This document shows positions 38,361 through 46,674 of a stretch of 64,000 nucleotides of DNA, in pieces. Under the pieces are notes generated by a model, which worked only from the letters and a program-made list of their open reading frames with translations, was not told the origin of the DNA and did not search any database. Source of the DNA: an uncultured delta proteobacterium (lineage in GTDB: Bacteria > Desulfobacterota > Binatia > UBA9968); contig CAWFJP010000030.1 of NCBI GenBank assembly GCA_963816145.1, positions 480,001-544,000 of the forward strand. Reading direction: 5' to 3'. Both the position numbers and the translations under genes were made by a program. The first letter of the stretch is position 1. Every line of letters begins with the position of its first letter.

Positions 38361-39344
38361 ATGTTCAAAAAAACCTTGATCCTTTGGATTCTCGGACTCC
38401 TTCTCCCCGCCGCGCTGCGCGCCCAAGAAAACAACCTGGTCGCCTACGCCGGTTTCGCCGGCTTTCAAGCGCCGGTCTGGGCGCCCAAAGACTTGGGGTT
38501 GTTCAGCAAATACGGCTTTAACGGCGATGCGGTGTTTATTTCCGGTTCAGTGCGGCAGATTCAGGCGATTCTCGGCAACAGCATCCAATTCGCCCAAGCC
38601 GACGCCGCCACGGCGCTCAACGCGATCAACAATGGCGCCGATTTGGTGATCCTGTCCGGCTCGCTCAACAGCTTCCCGTATAGCTTTGTGACCTCCAAGG
38701 ACATTCGCAAACCCGAAGATTTAAGCGGCAAAAAAATTGGCATCCTCGCCGTCGGCGGCGCCACCGAGACCGCGACCTTTCTCGCCTTGAAGGCGTGGAA
38801 CCTGCCGCGCCAGTCGGTGACGATCTTTCCGGCCGGCGATTCGGCTGCGCGAATTATTGCGCTCACGGCCAAAGCGATCGACGGCACCATGCTTTCCTAC
38901 CCCGATATCAACGAAGCGTTGCGCCTCGGCTTGCACGAGTTCGCCAAGATGAGCGATGTCAAAGGCTCGTCGTTTCCGATGAACGTCATGGTCGCCCGCC
39001 GCAGTTGGGCGGAAAAAAATCGCGACACGGTTAAGCGCTTCCAGCAAGCCTACGCCGAAGGCGTCTATCAGTTCATGAACAACAAGGAACGAGGCATCGC
39101 TGTGCTCGCCAAGCGGTTGCGCTACAAAAACCCCAAGGCCGTCGAAGAGACTTATCAATACTTCGCCAAAAGCTTCTCCTTTCCCACGCGAGTTTCCCAC
39201 GAAGGCTTGCGCAACACCTTGGAGATCATCGCCCAGCGCAATCCCGCGGTCAAAGTGGATATGAATCTGGCCAAGTATCTCGACGAAAGCACGCTCGACG
39301 AACTGGAACGCGAAGGCTTTTTCAAACGATTCGGCGGAAAATAG
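38361..39344 (+). CDS. NMT1/SsuA-like ABC substrate-binding protein
   Basis: Signal peptide; DLSGKKIGI; ELEREGFF. Confidence 0.85.
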   Translation: MFKKTLILWILGLLLPAALRAQENNLVAYAGFAGFQAPVWAPKDLGLFSKYGFNGDAVFISGSVRQIQAILGNSIQFAQADAATALNAINNGADLVILSGSLNSFPYSFVTSKDIRKPEDLSGKKIGILAVGGATETATFLALKAWNLPRQSVTIFPAGDSAARIIALTAKAIDGTMLSYPDINEALRLGLHEFAKMSDVKGSSFPMNVMVARRSWAEKNRDTVKRFQQAYAEGVYQFMNNKERGIAVLAKRLRYKNPKAVEETYQYFAKSFSFPTRVSHEGLRNTLEIIAQRNPAVKVDMNLAKYLDESTLDELEREGFFKRFGGK

Positions 39345-39442
39345 AGATCGTCGATCAGCGCCTCGTCCGCCGAGTCGTCGAAAGCGGCTTCATCGACGCA
39401 CTCGACGATCAGAAGAACCACCAACGAATTCCTTTATCCCGT

Positions 39443-39465
39443 GTAGGGGCGACCGGCGGTCGCCC
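39443..39465 (+). repeat. GTAG-type REP
   Basis: GTAG-GGGCGACC-GGC-GGTCGCCC. Confidence 0.7.
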
Positions 39466-39590
39466 AATTCATTGGCCGCGCGCCTCGCGACTTCTTCGCC
39501 TTGACTCCAACGCAAGCCTTACCATATAAAATAAGTCGCGCCGAAAATCTAAAGATCGAGACGACCAATCGCTAGAAAGGAATCCTGTCC

Positions 39591-40599
39591 ATGCGAAAGA
39601 TCTCGCTTCTATTGATCGGATGGTTCTTGCTGACAAACAGTCAAAGTGCCCACGCCCAGTCGGCGCAGGCCGTCGCCGCAGCGAAAAAAGAAGGCGGCAA
39701 AGTCATCGTTTACACGTCGATGGAAACCTTCACCGCCGACGCCTTGAAAGCCGCCTTCGAGAAAAAAACCGGCATTCAGATGGAATACTGGCGCGGCGGG
39801 TCGACGGAAGTGCTCGACCGCGTCCTGAGCGAACATCGAGTCGGCAAACCGGGCTTCGACGTGGTCGCCATCACCGGCGATCATATGCGCCTGATGGCCA
39901 ACGAAGGAGCCATTGGCAAGTACGACTCGCCCTCGCTCAAAGCCTTCGCCAAAGAAGCCATCGATCCTGTGCTCGGCGCGCGCTACCGCAACATCATGTA
40001 CGGGGTGATTTATAACAAGGCGATGCTCAAGGCCGGCGAATATCCCAAGACCCTCGAGGACATCGTCAAGCCGGAGTATCGCGGCAAACTGGTCATGCCG
40101 CACCCCACCGGACACACCTTGACCACGCAGTGGCTCGCCAGCTTGGATAAAATAATGCCGAAGCAACGCGTCGAAAAATTCATCCGCGATCTGGCCGCGG
40201 CCAAACCGGTATTCGCCGAGTCGATCGTGCCGGCGGCCGATAAAGTCGGCAGCGGCGAAGTGCCCATCGGCATCACCTTCGCGCGCTTCGTTTTGACCTA
40301 CAACAAACAAGGGCGCCAATCTCGACTATATCCGCGACTACAACATGTTGGGCGACGGCCAGTACATCAACATCGGCGCGAAACCGGCCCGGCCGGCGGC
40401 CGGCAAAGCGTTTATCGACTTCTTTCTCGACGAAGAGAGCATGAAGATCCAGGCCGACACCGGTGAATTCGTCAACCGCAAAGGCGTCTACCCGCCGCTC
40501 CAGGACGCCGACAAGATCAAGTTCGTGCAAATGTACCAGTTCACCAAAGAAGACTTCGAGATCAAGAAGAAAGAATATCAAAAGATTTTCTTCCAGTGA
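39591..40599 (+). pseudogene. Fe3+/polyamine-type extracellular solute-binding protein, +1 frameshift near 40311
   Basis: AAAKKEGGKVIVY N-terminus; C-terminus (FIDFFL..EYQKIFFQ) in another frame; span is 3n+1; may be a sequencing error. Confidence 0.7.
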
Positions 40600-40629
40600 C
40601 TTGAAGGAACAATTCGGAAGGGGATATCT

Positions 40630-40714
40630 CACCACGAAGACACGAAGATCACGAAGGTAAGAAAAGAAGTAAAACATTTTCCCGAACTTCGTGTCCTTCG
40701 TGCCTTCGTGGTGA
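40630..40714. repeat. CACCACGAAG palindromic repeat
   Basis: caccacgaagacacgaagatcacgaag ... cttcgtgtccttcgtgccttcgtggtg. Confidence 0.85.
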
Positions 40715-40767
40715 ACAGGCTTTTTCGACTTACACCACAGCTTAGAAAACCTTAGGAGATACCGACA

Positions 40768-41841
40768 ATGGCAGAATTCATCATCGACGCAGACGGCCAT
40801 ATCATGGAAGACCACAAAGACATCTTCGCCCACATCAAAGGCAACTTTGCCGAGATGAACTGGCACTCCACCTGGCCGATGTTCGACGCCGACGGTTGGC
40901 AGCGCGGCTTGGCGCGCAAGGGCAAGCGCGAAGACCCCGACGCCGAGCGCTGGATCAACTTTCAAAACGAGCATGGCATCGACATGGCCGTGCTCTATCC
41001 GACATCGGCGCTCGCCTTGGGCATGATCCAACTACCCGCCTGGGCTTCCGCCCTGGCGCAGGGCTACAACGACTGGCTCTACGATCGTTTCATGACCCAG
41101 TCGCCGCGCTTGAAAGGCGTCGCCCTGCTGGCGCCGCAAGATCCCAAGGCCGCCGCCGCCGAACTGCGGCGCTGTGTCAAAGATCTAGGCTTTGTCGCCG
41201 GCCTGTTGCCGTCAGCGACGAATAATCGTACGCCGCTCTACGGCTCGCCGATGTTTCACGAAATTTACGACGAAGCCCAGAGATTAGACGTGCCGCTGAC
41301 GATCCACGGCGGCGTCAGCCAGAATCTCGGCCTCGACCGCGTCGCCAGTTTTCTCGAAGCGCATATGTTGGAACATCCGGTCGGCCTGTTTCTCCACATC
41401 ACCAACATGATGTTCCAGGGCGTGTTTCAGGAGTTTCCCAAACTGCGCGTCGCTTATCTCGAAGCCGGCGCCGGTTGGGTGCCGTTCATGATGGACCGCA
41501 TGGAAGAAGACTACGAAAAATTCGCCGCCCGCCTGGCGCCAAACTTGAAGCATCCGCCGAGCCACTTCTTTGAAAGCGGCAACATCTTCGTCACCATGGA
41601 AGTCGAAGAACGCACCGCCCCCTACGTCGTCAAACTGCTGCGCGACGACGTTATCATGTGGGCCTCCGACTTCCCCCACGAACGCGAGCGCGACCAATTC
41701 GGCGGCGACCTGCCGACGTTAAAAGCGCGCAAAGACCTGACCGATGAGTTCAGAAAGAAAATGCTCTGCGACAACCCGGTAAGATTCTATCGCTTGAGCG
41801 AAGGCGATATCGCCGCCGCAAGGAAGGCGAAGGGAAACTAA
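40768..41841 (+). CDS. Amidohydrolase_2 family protein
   Basis: IDADGH, LYPT, YNDW, LEAGAGW, ASDFPH. Confidence 0.85.
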   Translation: MAEFIIDADGHIMEDHKDIFAHIKGNFAEMNWHSTWPMFDADGWQRGLARKGKREDPDAERWINFQNEHGIDMAVLYPTSALALGMIQLPAWASALAQGYNDWLYDRFMTQSPRLKGVALLAPQDPKAAAAELRRCVKDLGFVAGLLPSATNNRTPLYGSPMFHEIYDEAQRLDVPLTIHGGVSQNLGLDRVASFLEAHMLEHPVGLFLHITNMMFQGVFQEFPKLRVAYLEAGAGWVPFMMDRMEEDYEKFAARLAPNLKHPPSHFFESGNIFVTMEVEERTAPYVVKLLRDDVIMWASDFPHERERDQFGGDLPTLKARKDLTDEFRKKMLCDNPVRFYRLSEGDIAAARKAKGN

Positions 41842-41866
41842 TTCTTAACGTCAATTCGATAATGCG

Positions 41867-41904
41867 ACAAAAAGGCGTCGTGGTTTACACGACGCCTTTT
41901 TGTT
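41867..41904. terminator. Bidirectional intrinsic terminator
   Basis: acaaaaaggcgtcgtg-gttta-cacgacgcctttttgt between convergent genes. Confidence 0.85.
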
Positions 41905-41980
41905 TGGCTAACCGTACAATCGAGTTTCGAGCGAGGTATGGAAACTGCACACCCATGCGGGCGGGCTAGGCCCGGCTGAG

Positions 41981-42277
41981 CTACCCCAACGATAGCTCCA
42001 ATATCCGTCTCAGACGCTTCCCAATGGCTCGTTCAGCGAGCTTACGGTCGTAATCTCCCTGAAGATTGAGCCAATACTGCGGCGATTGTCCAAATGCGCG
42101 CCCAAATAACAATGCTAATTCGGCCGTCACCGGCCTCGTCCCCTTGACGATATGCGACACGCGCATCGGCGCCACGCCGATGACGCGAGCAAATTGCGCC
42201 TGAGACATTCCACGCTCCTCGAGGATCTCGCGCAAAAACTCGCCTGGATGAACCGGGGGCAAACCATTTTTAATCAT
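41981..42277 (-). CDS. higA: HigA-family antitoxin (HTH)
   Basis: PPVHPGEFLRE.L, SQ.QFA, TAELAL.F..AFG.SPQYWLNLQ..YD. Confidence 0.9.
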   Translation of the reverse strand: MIKNGLPPVHPGEFLREILEERGMSQAQFARVIGVAPMRVSHIVKGTRPVTAELALLFGRAFGQSPQYWLNLQGDYDRKLAERAIGKRLRRILELSLG

Positions 42278-42290
42278 AAAAAACTCCCGT

Positions 42291-42574
42291 TTAGTGATAG
42301 TCGACAATCGCTACATCGAAGGCATCCCCGTTCGCAAAGCGAAAGCAGACTCTCCATTGATCGTTGATTCGGATACTCCACTGTCCCTTCCGATCGCCTC
42401 TCAATGCCGCCAAGTGGTTAGATCGTGGCAATCTTAGATCGTCAACCCGAGTCACAGCGTTCAGTTGTGTAAGACGCATGCCGGCTCTTCAAAGGATATT
42501 TCCGGAGGAAAGCGACGAGAACGCCCCGTCGAATAGAATCTCTCAGTCTCCGAATCGGCAAACGACTGGATTAT
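42291..42574 (-). pseudogene. higB: HigB/RelE toxin, inactivated
   Basis: IIQSFADSETERFY..FPPEI in one frame and RAGMRLTQL..LRGDRKGQWSIRINDQWRVCFRF..IVDYH in another; ATA at expected start, frameshift and TGA. Confidence 0.8.
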
Positions 42575-42657
42575 TGCAAGTAGGATAAAAAGCCTGTTTA
42601 TGCCGGTCAAGAAGGGCGCCCGAAAAACCTTTTCGGTGGGCGACATTAGAAATCTCT

Positions 42658-42757
42658 ACCAATTCGGCGGCGACCTGCCGACGTTGAAAGCGCGCAAAGA
42701 CCTGACCGATGAGTTCAGAAAACAAATGCTCTGCGACAACCCGGTAAGGTTCTATCG
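42658..42757 (+). repeat. 100-bp direct repeat of the amidohydrolase 3' region (41693-41792)
   Basis: accaattcggcggcgacctgccgacg...ttctatcg; 4 mismatches by eye. Confidence 0.9.
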
Positions 42758-42801
42758 TCTAAGGCTCCGTGTTCACAGTAGACCCTCATCATAAATCTAA
42801 A

Positions 42802-42861
42802 ACCTAACGTTTTGGGTGAGAGGCGCGGTCCGCCGCGTCCTTCTCCACTCATTGGTTAGGT
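42802..42861 (-). mobile_element. Integron attC site (60 bp)
   Basis: Minus strand ACCTAAC..imperfect palindrome..GTTAGGT, immediately after brnA stop. Confidence 0.85.
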
Positions 42862-42865
42862 TTGT

Positions 42866-43141
42866 CTACCGCGTTTTGCTAAGACGATCAGCCATGCGCG
42901 ACTGCCAACCTGGTCCGGTTGACTTCCAACGCGCAATGACATCCACAGGAAGACGAATCGTGATGAGCTTGCGCGGGTTGGCGGATACAGGGCGACCGCC
43001 CTTCTTCAAGGTTGCACGCGAGAGCATTGCCGAAGTCAGCTCTGGCAATTCCACGTACTCCTTAGCTTTTATGATATGCGCGTCGACTCGCGTCAGGTCA
43101 GATTTTAAAGAGCGGCGCGATGCGCGTTTTTTCACGGCCAT
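42866..43141 (-). CDS. brnA: BrnA antitoxin
   Basis: GRP..PRKLITIRLPVDVIARWKSTGPGWQSRM. Confidence 0.9.
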   Translation of the reverse strand: MAVKKRASRRSLKSDLTRVDAHIIKAKEYVELPELTSAMLSRATLKKGGRPVSANPRKLITIRLPVDVIARWKSTGPGWQSRMADRLSKTR

Positions 43142-43373
43142 TGGCTTTCCTCATGCTAAATATGTGTCGATCCTCGCCTCTCGGTGTGTACCCAATGACC
43201 ACCACTCGACCTTTCAAGAGTCCATAGCAAATGATCCGGGTCTCGCCATAGTCTTTGCGCGTGTCCTCAACTTCCAACGTCACGCCCTCAAAGACAATTG
43301 CCGCATCCTCAAAATCCAGGCCGCGAGTTGCAAAGGTCTTTTCGCGCTTGGCCGGATCGTAGGTAATGCGCAT
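43098..43373 (-). CDS. brnT: BrnT toxin
   Basis: YDPAK....RGLDFEDA, DYGE.R, RHIFSMRKAN.RE. Confidence 0.9.
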   Translation of the reverse strand: MRITYDPAKREKTFATRGLDFEDAAIVFEGVTLEVEDTRKDYGETRIICYGLLKGRVVVIGYTPRGEDRHIFSMRKANGREKTRIAPLFKI

Positions 43374-43432
43374 TGAGTTATTGTAACTACAACAACTGGC
43401 GTCGGCAAGTGCTGTCTTTCACGTCGACAGCA

Positions 43433-43495
43433 ACCTAACGGGTCGGCGGGTGAACCGTGGCCCGCAGGGCCATCGGTTCCATCCGCTGGTTCGAC
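43433..43495 (-). mobile_element. Integron attC site (63 bp)
   Basis: Minus strand GTCGAAC-CAGCGGATGGAACCGATGGCCC..GGGCCACGGTTCACCCGC..GTTAGGT. Confidence 0.8.
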
Positions 43496-43560
43496 CGCCG
43501 CAGGCGATCGCAACCAGCGTGGCTCACCCGCGGACCCGTTCGCACGACCGTCTGCGGTCG

Positions 43561-43619
43561 GGCGAACGCTTTGGGTGAGAGGCGCATTTGTCAGCGTCCT
43601 TTCAACCCATTGGTTAGGC
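43561..43619 (-). mobile_element. Integron attC site (59 bp)
   Basis: Minus strand GCCTAAC..GTTCGCC; upstream ORF stops within the inverse core; sequence-similar to the 42802 site. Confidence 0.85.
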
Positions 43620-44246
43620 AAACCGCCTTTCGATCAAGTACTTAAAAAGTCTCTCAACCCAACCACTAATCTCATATTGCTTGAGCGCGTCAAGCCAACG
43701 AGTTTTCTGGAATTCGGGAGCCCAAAACGCATCCGGTTGTTGGAGATAGTCTTTCGCGCGTTCGCACACAGCCTCACTGCCAATCCTCTTCCCAAACCAC
43801 ACCTCCCTACGATGACAGAGTTTCTCGATTCGGACGTGCCGTGAGGAGGGATAACCAATTCCGAGGGCGTAGAGATGCGCGTGTGCGGTCTCGTGAACCA
43901 GTGTTGAGGCGATCTCCTCTACAAGAGTCGACTCCTTGCTGACATGCTTCTCGTCAAGACAACATAGTTTCAATGGCGGAAAAAATTCCCCCACTGCGGT
44001 GCCGAGCGGCATAATCAGGATACCGCGGACATGCAGCCGTAGCCGTTTGAGGCATTGGGGAGAAGCTGATGCCAAAAGATCCAGGGCATGGGAAAGTTTC
44101 TCTTGTATGGCCGCCCTCGATTCACAAAAGAGAAACCCGACCGGTACTTCGAGATACTCCTGCCTTGGCGCAAGCCGCCAAGCTACCCCCATGGCAACAT
44201 TGTAAATGGGATGACCGCTCGACTCCTGGGATTTATGCTGGCTCAA
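43614..44246 (-). CDS. Gene-cassette protein with HExxH motif (putative zincin-like)
   Basis: STLVHETAHAHL with downstream Glu; bounded by GTTAGGC core and attC. Confidence 0.65.
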   Translation of the reverse strand: MSQHKSQESSGHPIYNVAMGVAWRLAPRQEYLEVPVGFLFCESRAAIQEKLSHALDLLASASPQCLKRLRLHVRGILIMPLGTAVGEFFPPLKLCCLDEKHVSKESTLVEEIASTLVHETAHAHLYALGIGYPSSRHVRIEKLCHRREVWFGKRIGSEAVCERAKDYLQQPDAFWAPEFQKTRWLDALKQYEISGWVERLFKYLIERRFA

Positions 44247-44265
44247 ACAGATGCTCTCTCGTTTT

Positions 44266-44316
44266 GCCTAACCAATAGTATCTGGTTCCGTATAGAACTT
44301 CATAACTTCTGTATAG
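44266..44316 (-). mobile_element. Candidate attI (core GTTAGGC plus direct repeats)
   Basis: Minus strand CTATACAGAA..CTATACGGAA..GTTAGGC; non-palindromic, at head of array. Confidence 0.5.
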
Positions 44317-44563
44317 CACGACTCAAGAAAAATGAGCCGGACATTTTTGGCGAAAGTACAAAACCTTATCACACTAAAGCAACTTATGAACGCGACAAAT
44401 GCCGAAAGGTCTTTCAGTATATTGAGACGCGCAGGCTAAGATTCGACCAGTATGATCCCCACGCTACCGGCCGGGCTACGTAGACTAGATCCCGGCAAAC
44501 AAAGGGTCTACTTTGATTACTATCTCGACTACTTCTTTCTCATCGCTCCGCAACCCACCCAGC

Positions 44564-45583
44564 CTACTTCAAACTCACCCCCTGCGCCGCGTAAGCCCGG
44601 TCAATGAAGCCGGATTCATCGAGCTTGCGCATGATGCGCGCGTCGATCACTTCTTCGGTTTTGATCTCGCCGATCTTCGGATTGCGGGTTTTGAGCATTC
44701 TCTGCACATTACGCAAACCATCCAAAGACGGGAACGGTTTGCGGTCGACGCCGTTTAATAAATCTTGATAACCTTCCTCCGCGTTGTTGGCGTTGGCCTT
44801 GAGTCTTTTCATAATCGTTTTTATCACCGTGGCTTTGTTCTTCGGCGCGACGGCAAAGGCTAATGCTTCGATCTCCGCCTTGAGATACGCCTCTACTACG
44901 TCGGGGCGTTGGCTGAGAAAGGTTTGCGGCACGACCATCGCCTGGCCGACGGTGCGCTGGGCGAGGTTGGCGGATTCGCCGAGAACCGTGAAGCCCTTTT
45001 GCCTGAGGATTTTGCTGAACACGCCGTCGAGCGCGGCGGCGTCGGCGATGCCGGTCTCGACGGCTTGCATCATGATCGGTTGATCGCCGAGCACCTGCAT
45101 GTTGATCTGATCGCGGGTTTGATCGAGGCCCAAATGTTCGAGCCAAAAGAGCACACCCATCCAGCCGGTGCCGCCGATACTATTCAACGCAATTTTTTTA
45201 CCGCGCAAATCTTCCGGCCGTTTGATGTTCGGCCGGGCGATGAGGTCATAGCTGTTGCGGCTGGAAAAAGTCGCGACGATCTTGAAGTCATGGCCCGCGC
45301 CGACCGCCGCCAGCGTCGCGCTGCCGCCGCTGCGGCCGAATTGGATGTCTCCCGATGCCATGCCGGCGACGAGCAGCGGCGCGCCGCGGACATAAACTTG
45401 GTCGACCAGGAGGCCGTTTCTGGCGAGAAATCCCTGCTCATCGGCAATCCACAAGGGCGCCACGCGGCCATTCATCGCAGCGTAGCCGACCACGACCTTA
45501 GTCAATGCCGTTGCGGCGAAAACGGAGCAGACTGAAATCAACCAGATCAAGACCGCATAAGCAAAAATTCTGCTGTGCAACAT
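44564..45583 (-). CDS. NMT1/SsuA-like ABC substrate-binding protein
   Basis: APLWIADEQG, LRGKKIAL, LDESGFID. Confidence 0.85.
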   Translation of the reverse strand: MLHSRIFAYAVLIWLISVCSVFAATALTKVVVGYAAMNGRVAPLWIADEQGFLARNGLLVDQVYVRGAPLLVAGMASGDIQFGRSGGSATLAAVGAGHDFKIVATFSSRNSYDLIARPNIKRPEDLRGKKIALNSIGGTGWMGVLFWLEHLGLDQTRDQINMQVLGDQPIMMQAVETGIADAAALDGVFSKILRQKGFTVLGESANLAQRTVGQAMVVPQTFLSQRPDVVEAYLKAEIEALAFAVAPKNKATVIKTIMKRLKANANNAEEGYQDLLNGVDRKPFPSLDGLRNVQRMLKTRNPKIGEIKTEEVIDARIMRKLDESGFIDRAYAAQGVSLK

Positions 45584-45624
45584 AGTCAGACCCCCATTGG
45601 ATAACGGCAGAGAGATCTTGCCGC

Positions 45625-46674
45625 TTACAGGATTCGGTTGAACCATAGGAGCGAGAGCAGCGCGGAGAGCAGCACGATGATTGCCGCTGCGGCGGCGAAG
45701 AGGGCGGTGATTTCCATGTCCTTCTTTTCCAATAAAAATTTGGAGTTGAGGGAGTCGTAGACTTTTTTAAGATCGGTAGCTGTGCCGGCGTAAAAATATT
45801 GGCCGCGGGTCAAGTCGGCGATCGCTTTGAGCGTTTCCTCGTCGAGGCGCACACGCATGGACCAACCTTCGAAGCCAATGGTCTCGCCGGCTTTCGTGCC
45901 GAATCCGACGGTGAAGACGCGCACGCCGCGGTCGGCGGCCATCCGCGCCGCTTCCATGGAGTCCGGGCCTGTGGTCCTCTGGCCATCGGTAAGCAAAATG
46001 ATCGCGGCAGAGGCGTAGGAGCCGGGCGCTACCGGTTTGAAGTCTTGCTTTTCCGCTTTGCCGGTCTGGTCGAGCGGCATGCCGCGTGGCGTGTAACGCC
46101 CGGAGCCGTAAATCAACGAGCTCACGTCAATACCAGCATCGGGAAAAATGGTCGCAAGTGAAACGATGATGCCGCTGCCGATGGCGGTGCCCCGTTGCAG
46201 TTGGAAGCGATCGATGGCGCCGATGATGTCTTCGCGATTATGCGTGGGTACCTGCACCACCGCCGCCGTTCCGGCGAAGGACACCACGCCGATGCGTACG
46301 TTGGAGGGTTGGTCGGCGACGAAGGCCTTGGCCGCGGCCTGAGCTGCGGTAATGCGATTGGGCTGGACGTCGACGGCGCGCATGCTGCCGGAAACGTCCA
46401 TGGCGAGGATGATGGTTTGGTATTGCGACGGCAGGGTGATCACGGCGGCCGGACGGGCGACGGCGACAAGCATTGCGATCAGTGCCAGCAAAAACAGCAG
46501 CGGCGGGATGTGGCGGCGAAATCTCTGGCCCGCGCCGATCGCTTCTTTCACCATGCTCAAACTCGCATATTTGAGCGCGCTCTGCTGCTTGCGGCGCAAT
46601 AGATAGAAATAGCCGGCCACCAGCGCCGGCACGACCAGCAGCAGCCAGAGCATCTCAGGCCAGAGGAACTTCAT
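45625..46674 (-). CDS. vWA domain protein (BatA-like)
   Basis: N- and C-terminal TM helices; DVSGSM MIDAS; GTAIG; LLTDG. Confidence 0.9.
   Translation of the reverse strand: MKFLWPEMLWLLLVVPALVAGYFYLLRRKQQSALKYASLSMVKEAIGAGQRFRRHIPPLLFLLALIAMLVAVARPAAVITLPSQYQTIILAMDVSGSMRAVDVQPNRITAAQAAAKAFVADQPSNVRIGVVSFAGTAAVVQVPTHNREDIIGAIDRFQLQRGTAIGSGIIVSLATIFPDAGIDVSSLIYGSGRYTPRGMPLDQTGKAEKQDFKPVAPGSYASAAIILLTDGQRTTGPDSMEAARMAADRGVRVFTVGFGTKAGETIGFEGWSMRVRLDEETLKAIADLTRGQYFYAGTATDLKKVYDSLNSKFLLEKKDMEITALFAAAAAIIVLLSALLSLLWFNRIL

Noticed and set aside
36397-38468. Long antisense ORFs (36397-37494, 37482-38468; likewise 15409-16518, 20716-21681, 60073-60945)
   Set aside because: Antisense or alternative-frame shadows of well-supported genes in GC-rich DNA, with no motifs.
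39501-39532. Sigma70 promoter TTGACT-N18-TATAAA
   Set aside because: Plausible but not distinguishable from chance without TSS data.
41900-41980. attC downstream of higA (GGCTAAC at ~41906)
   Set aside because: No matching second core and no palindromic arms.
42480-42500. higB TGA as selenocysteine or a programmed frameshift
   Set aside because: Not a Cys position, and accompanied by a separate indel and a lost start codon; decay is the simpler explanation.
44320-44560. intI remnant beside the candidate attI
   Set aside because: The frames I translated show no recognisable tyrosine-recombinase sequence; ORF 44088-44483 looks spurious.
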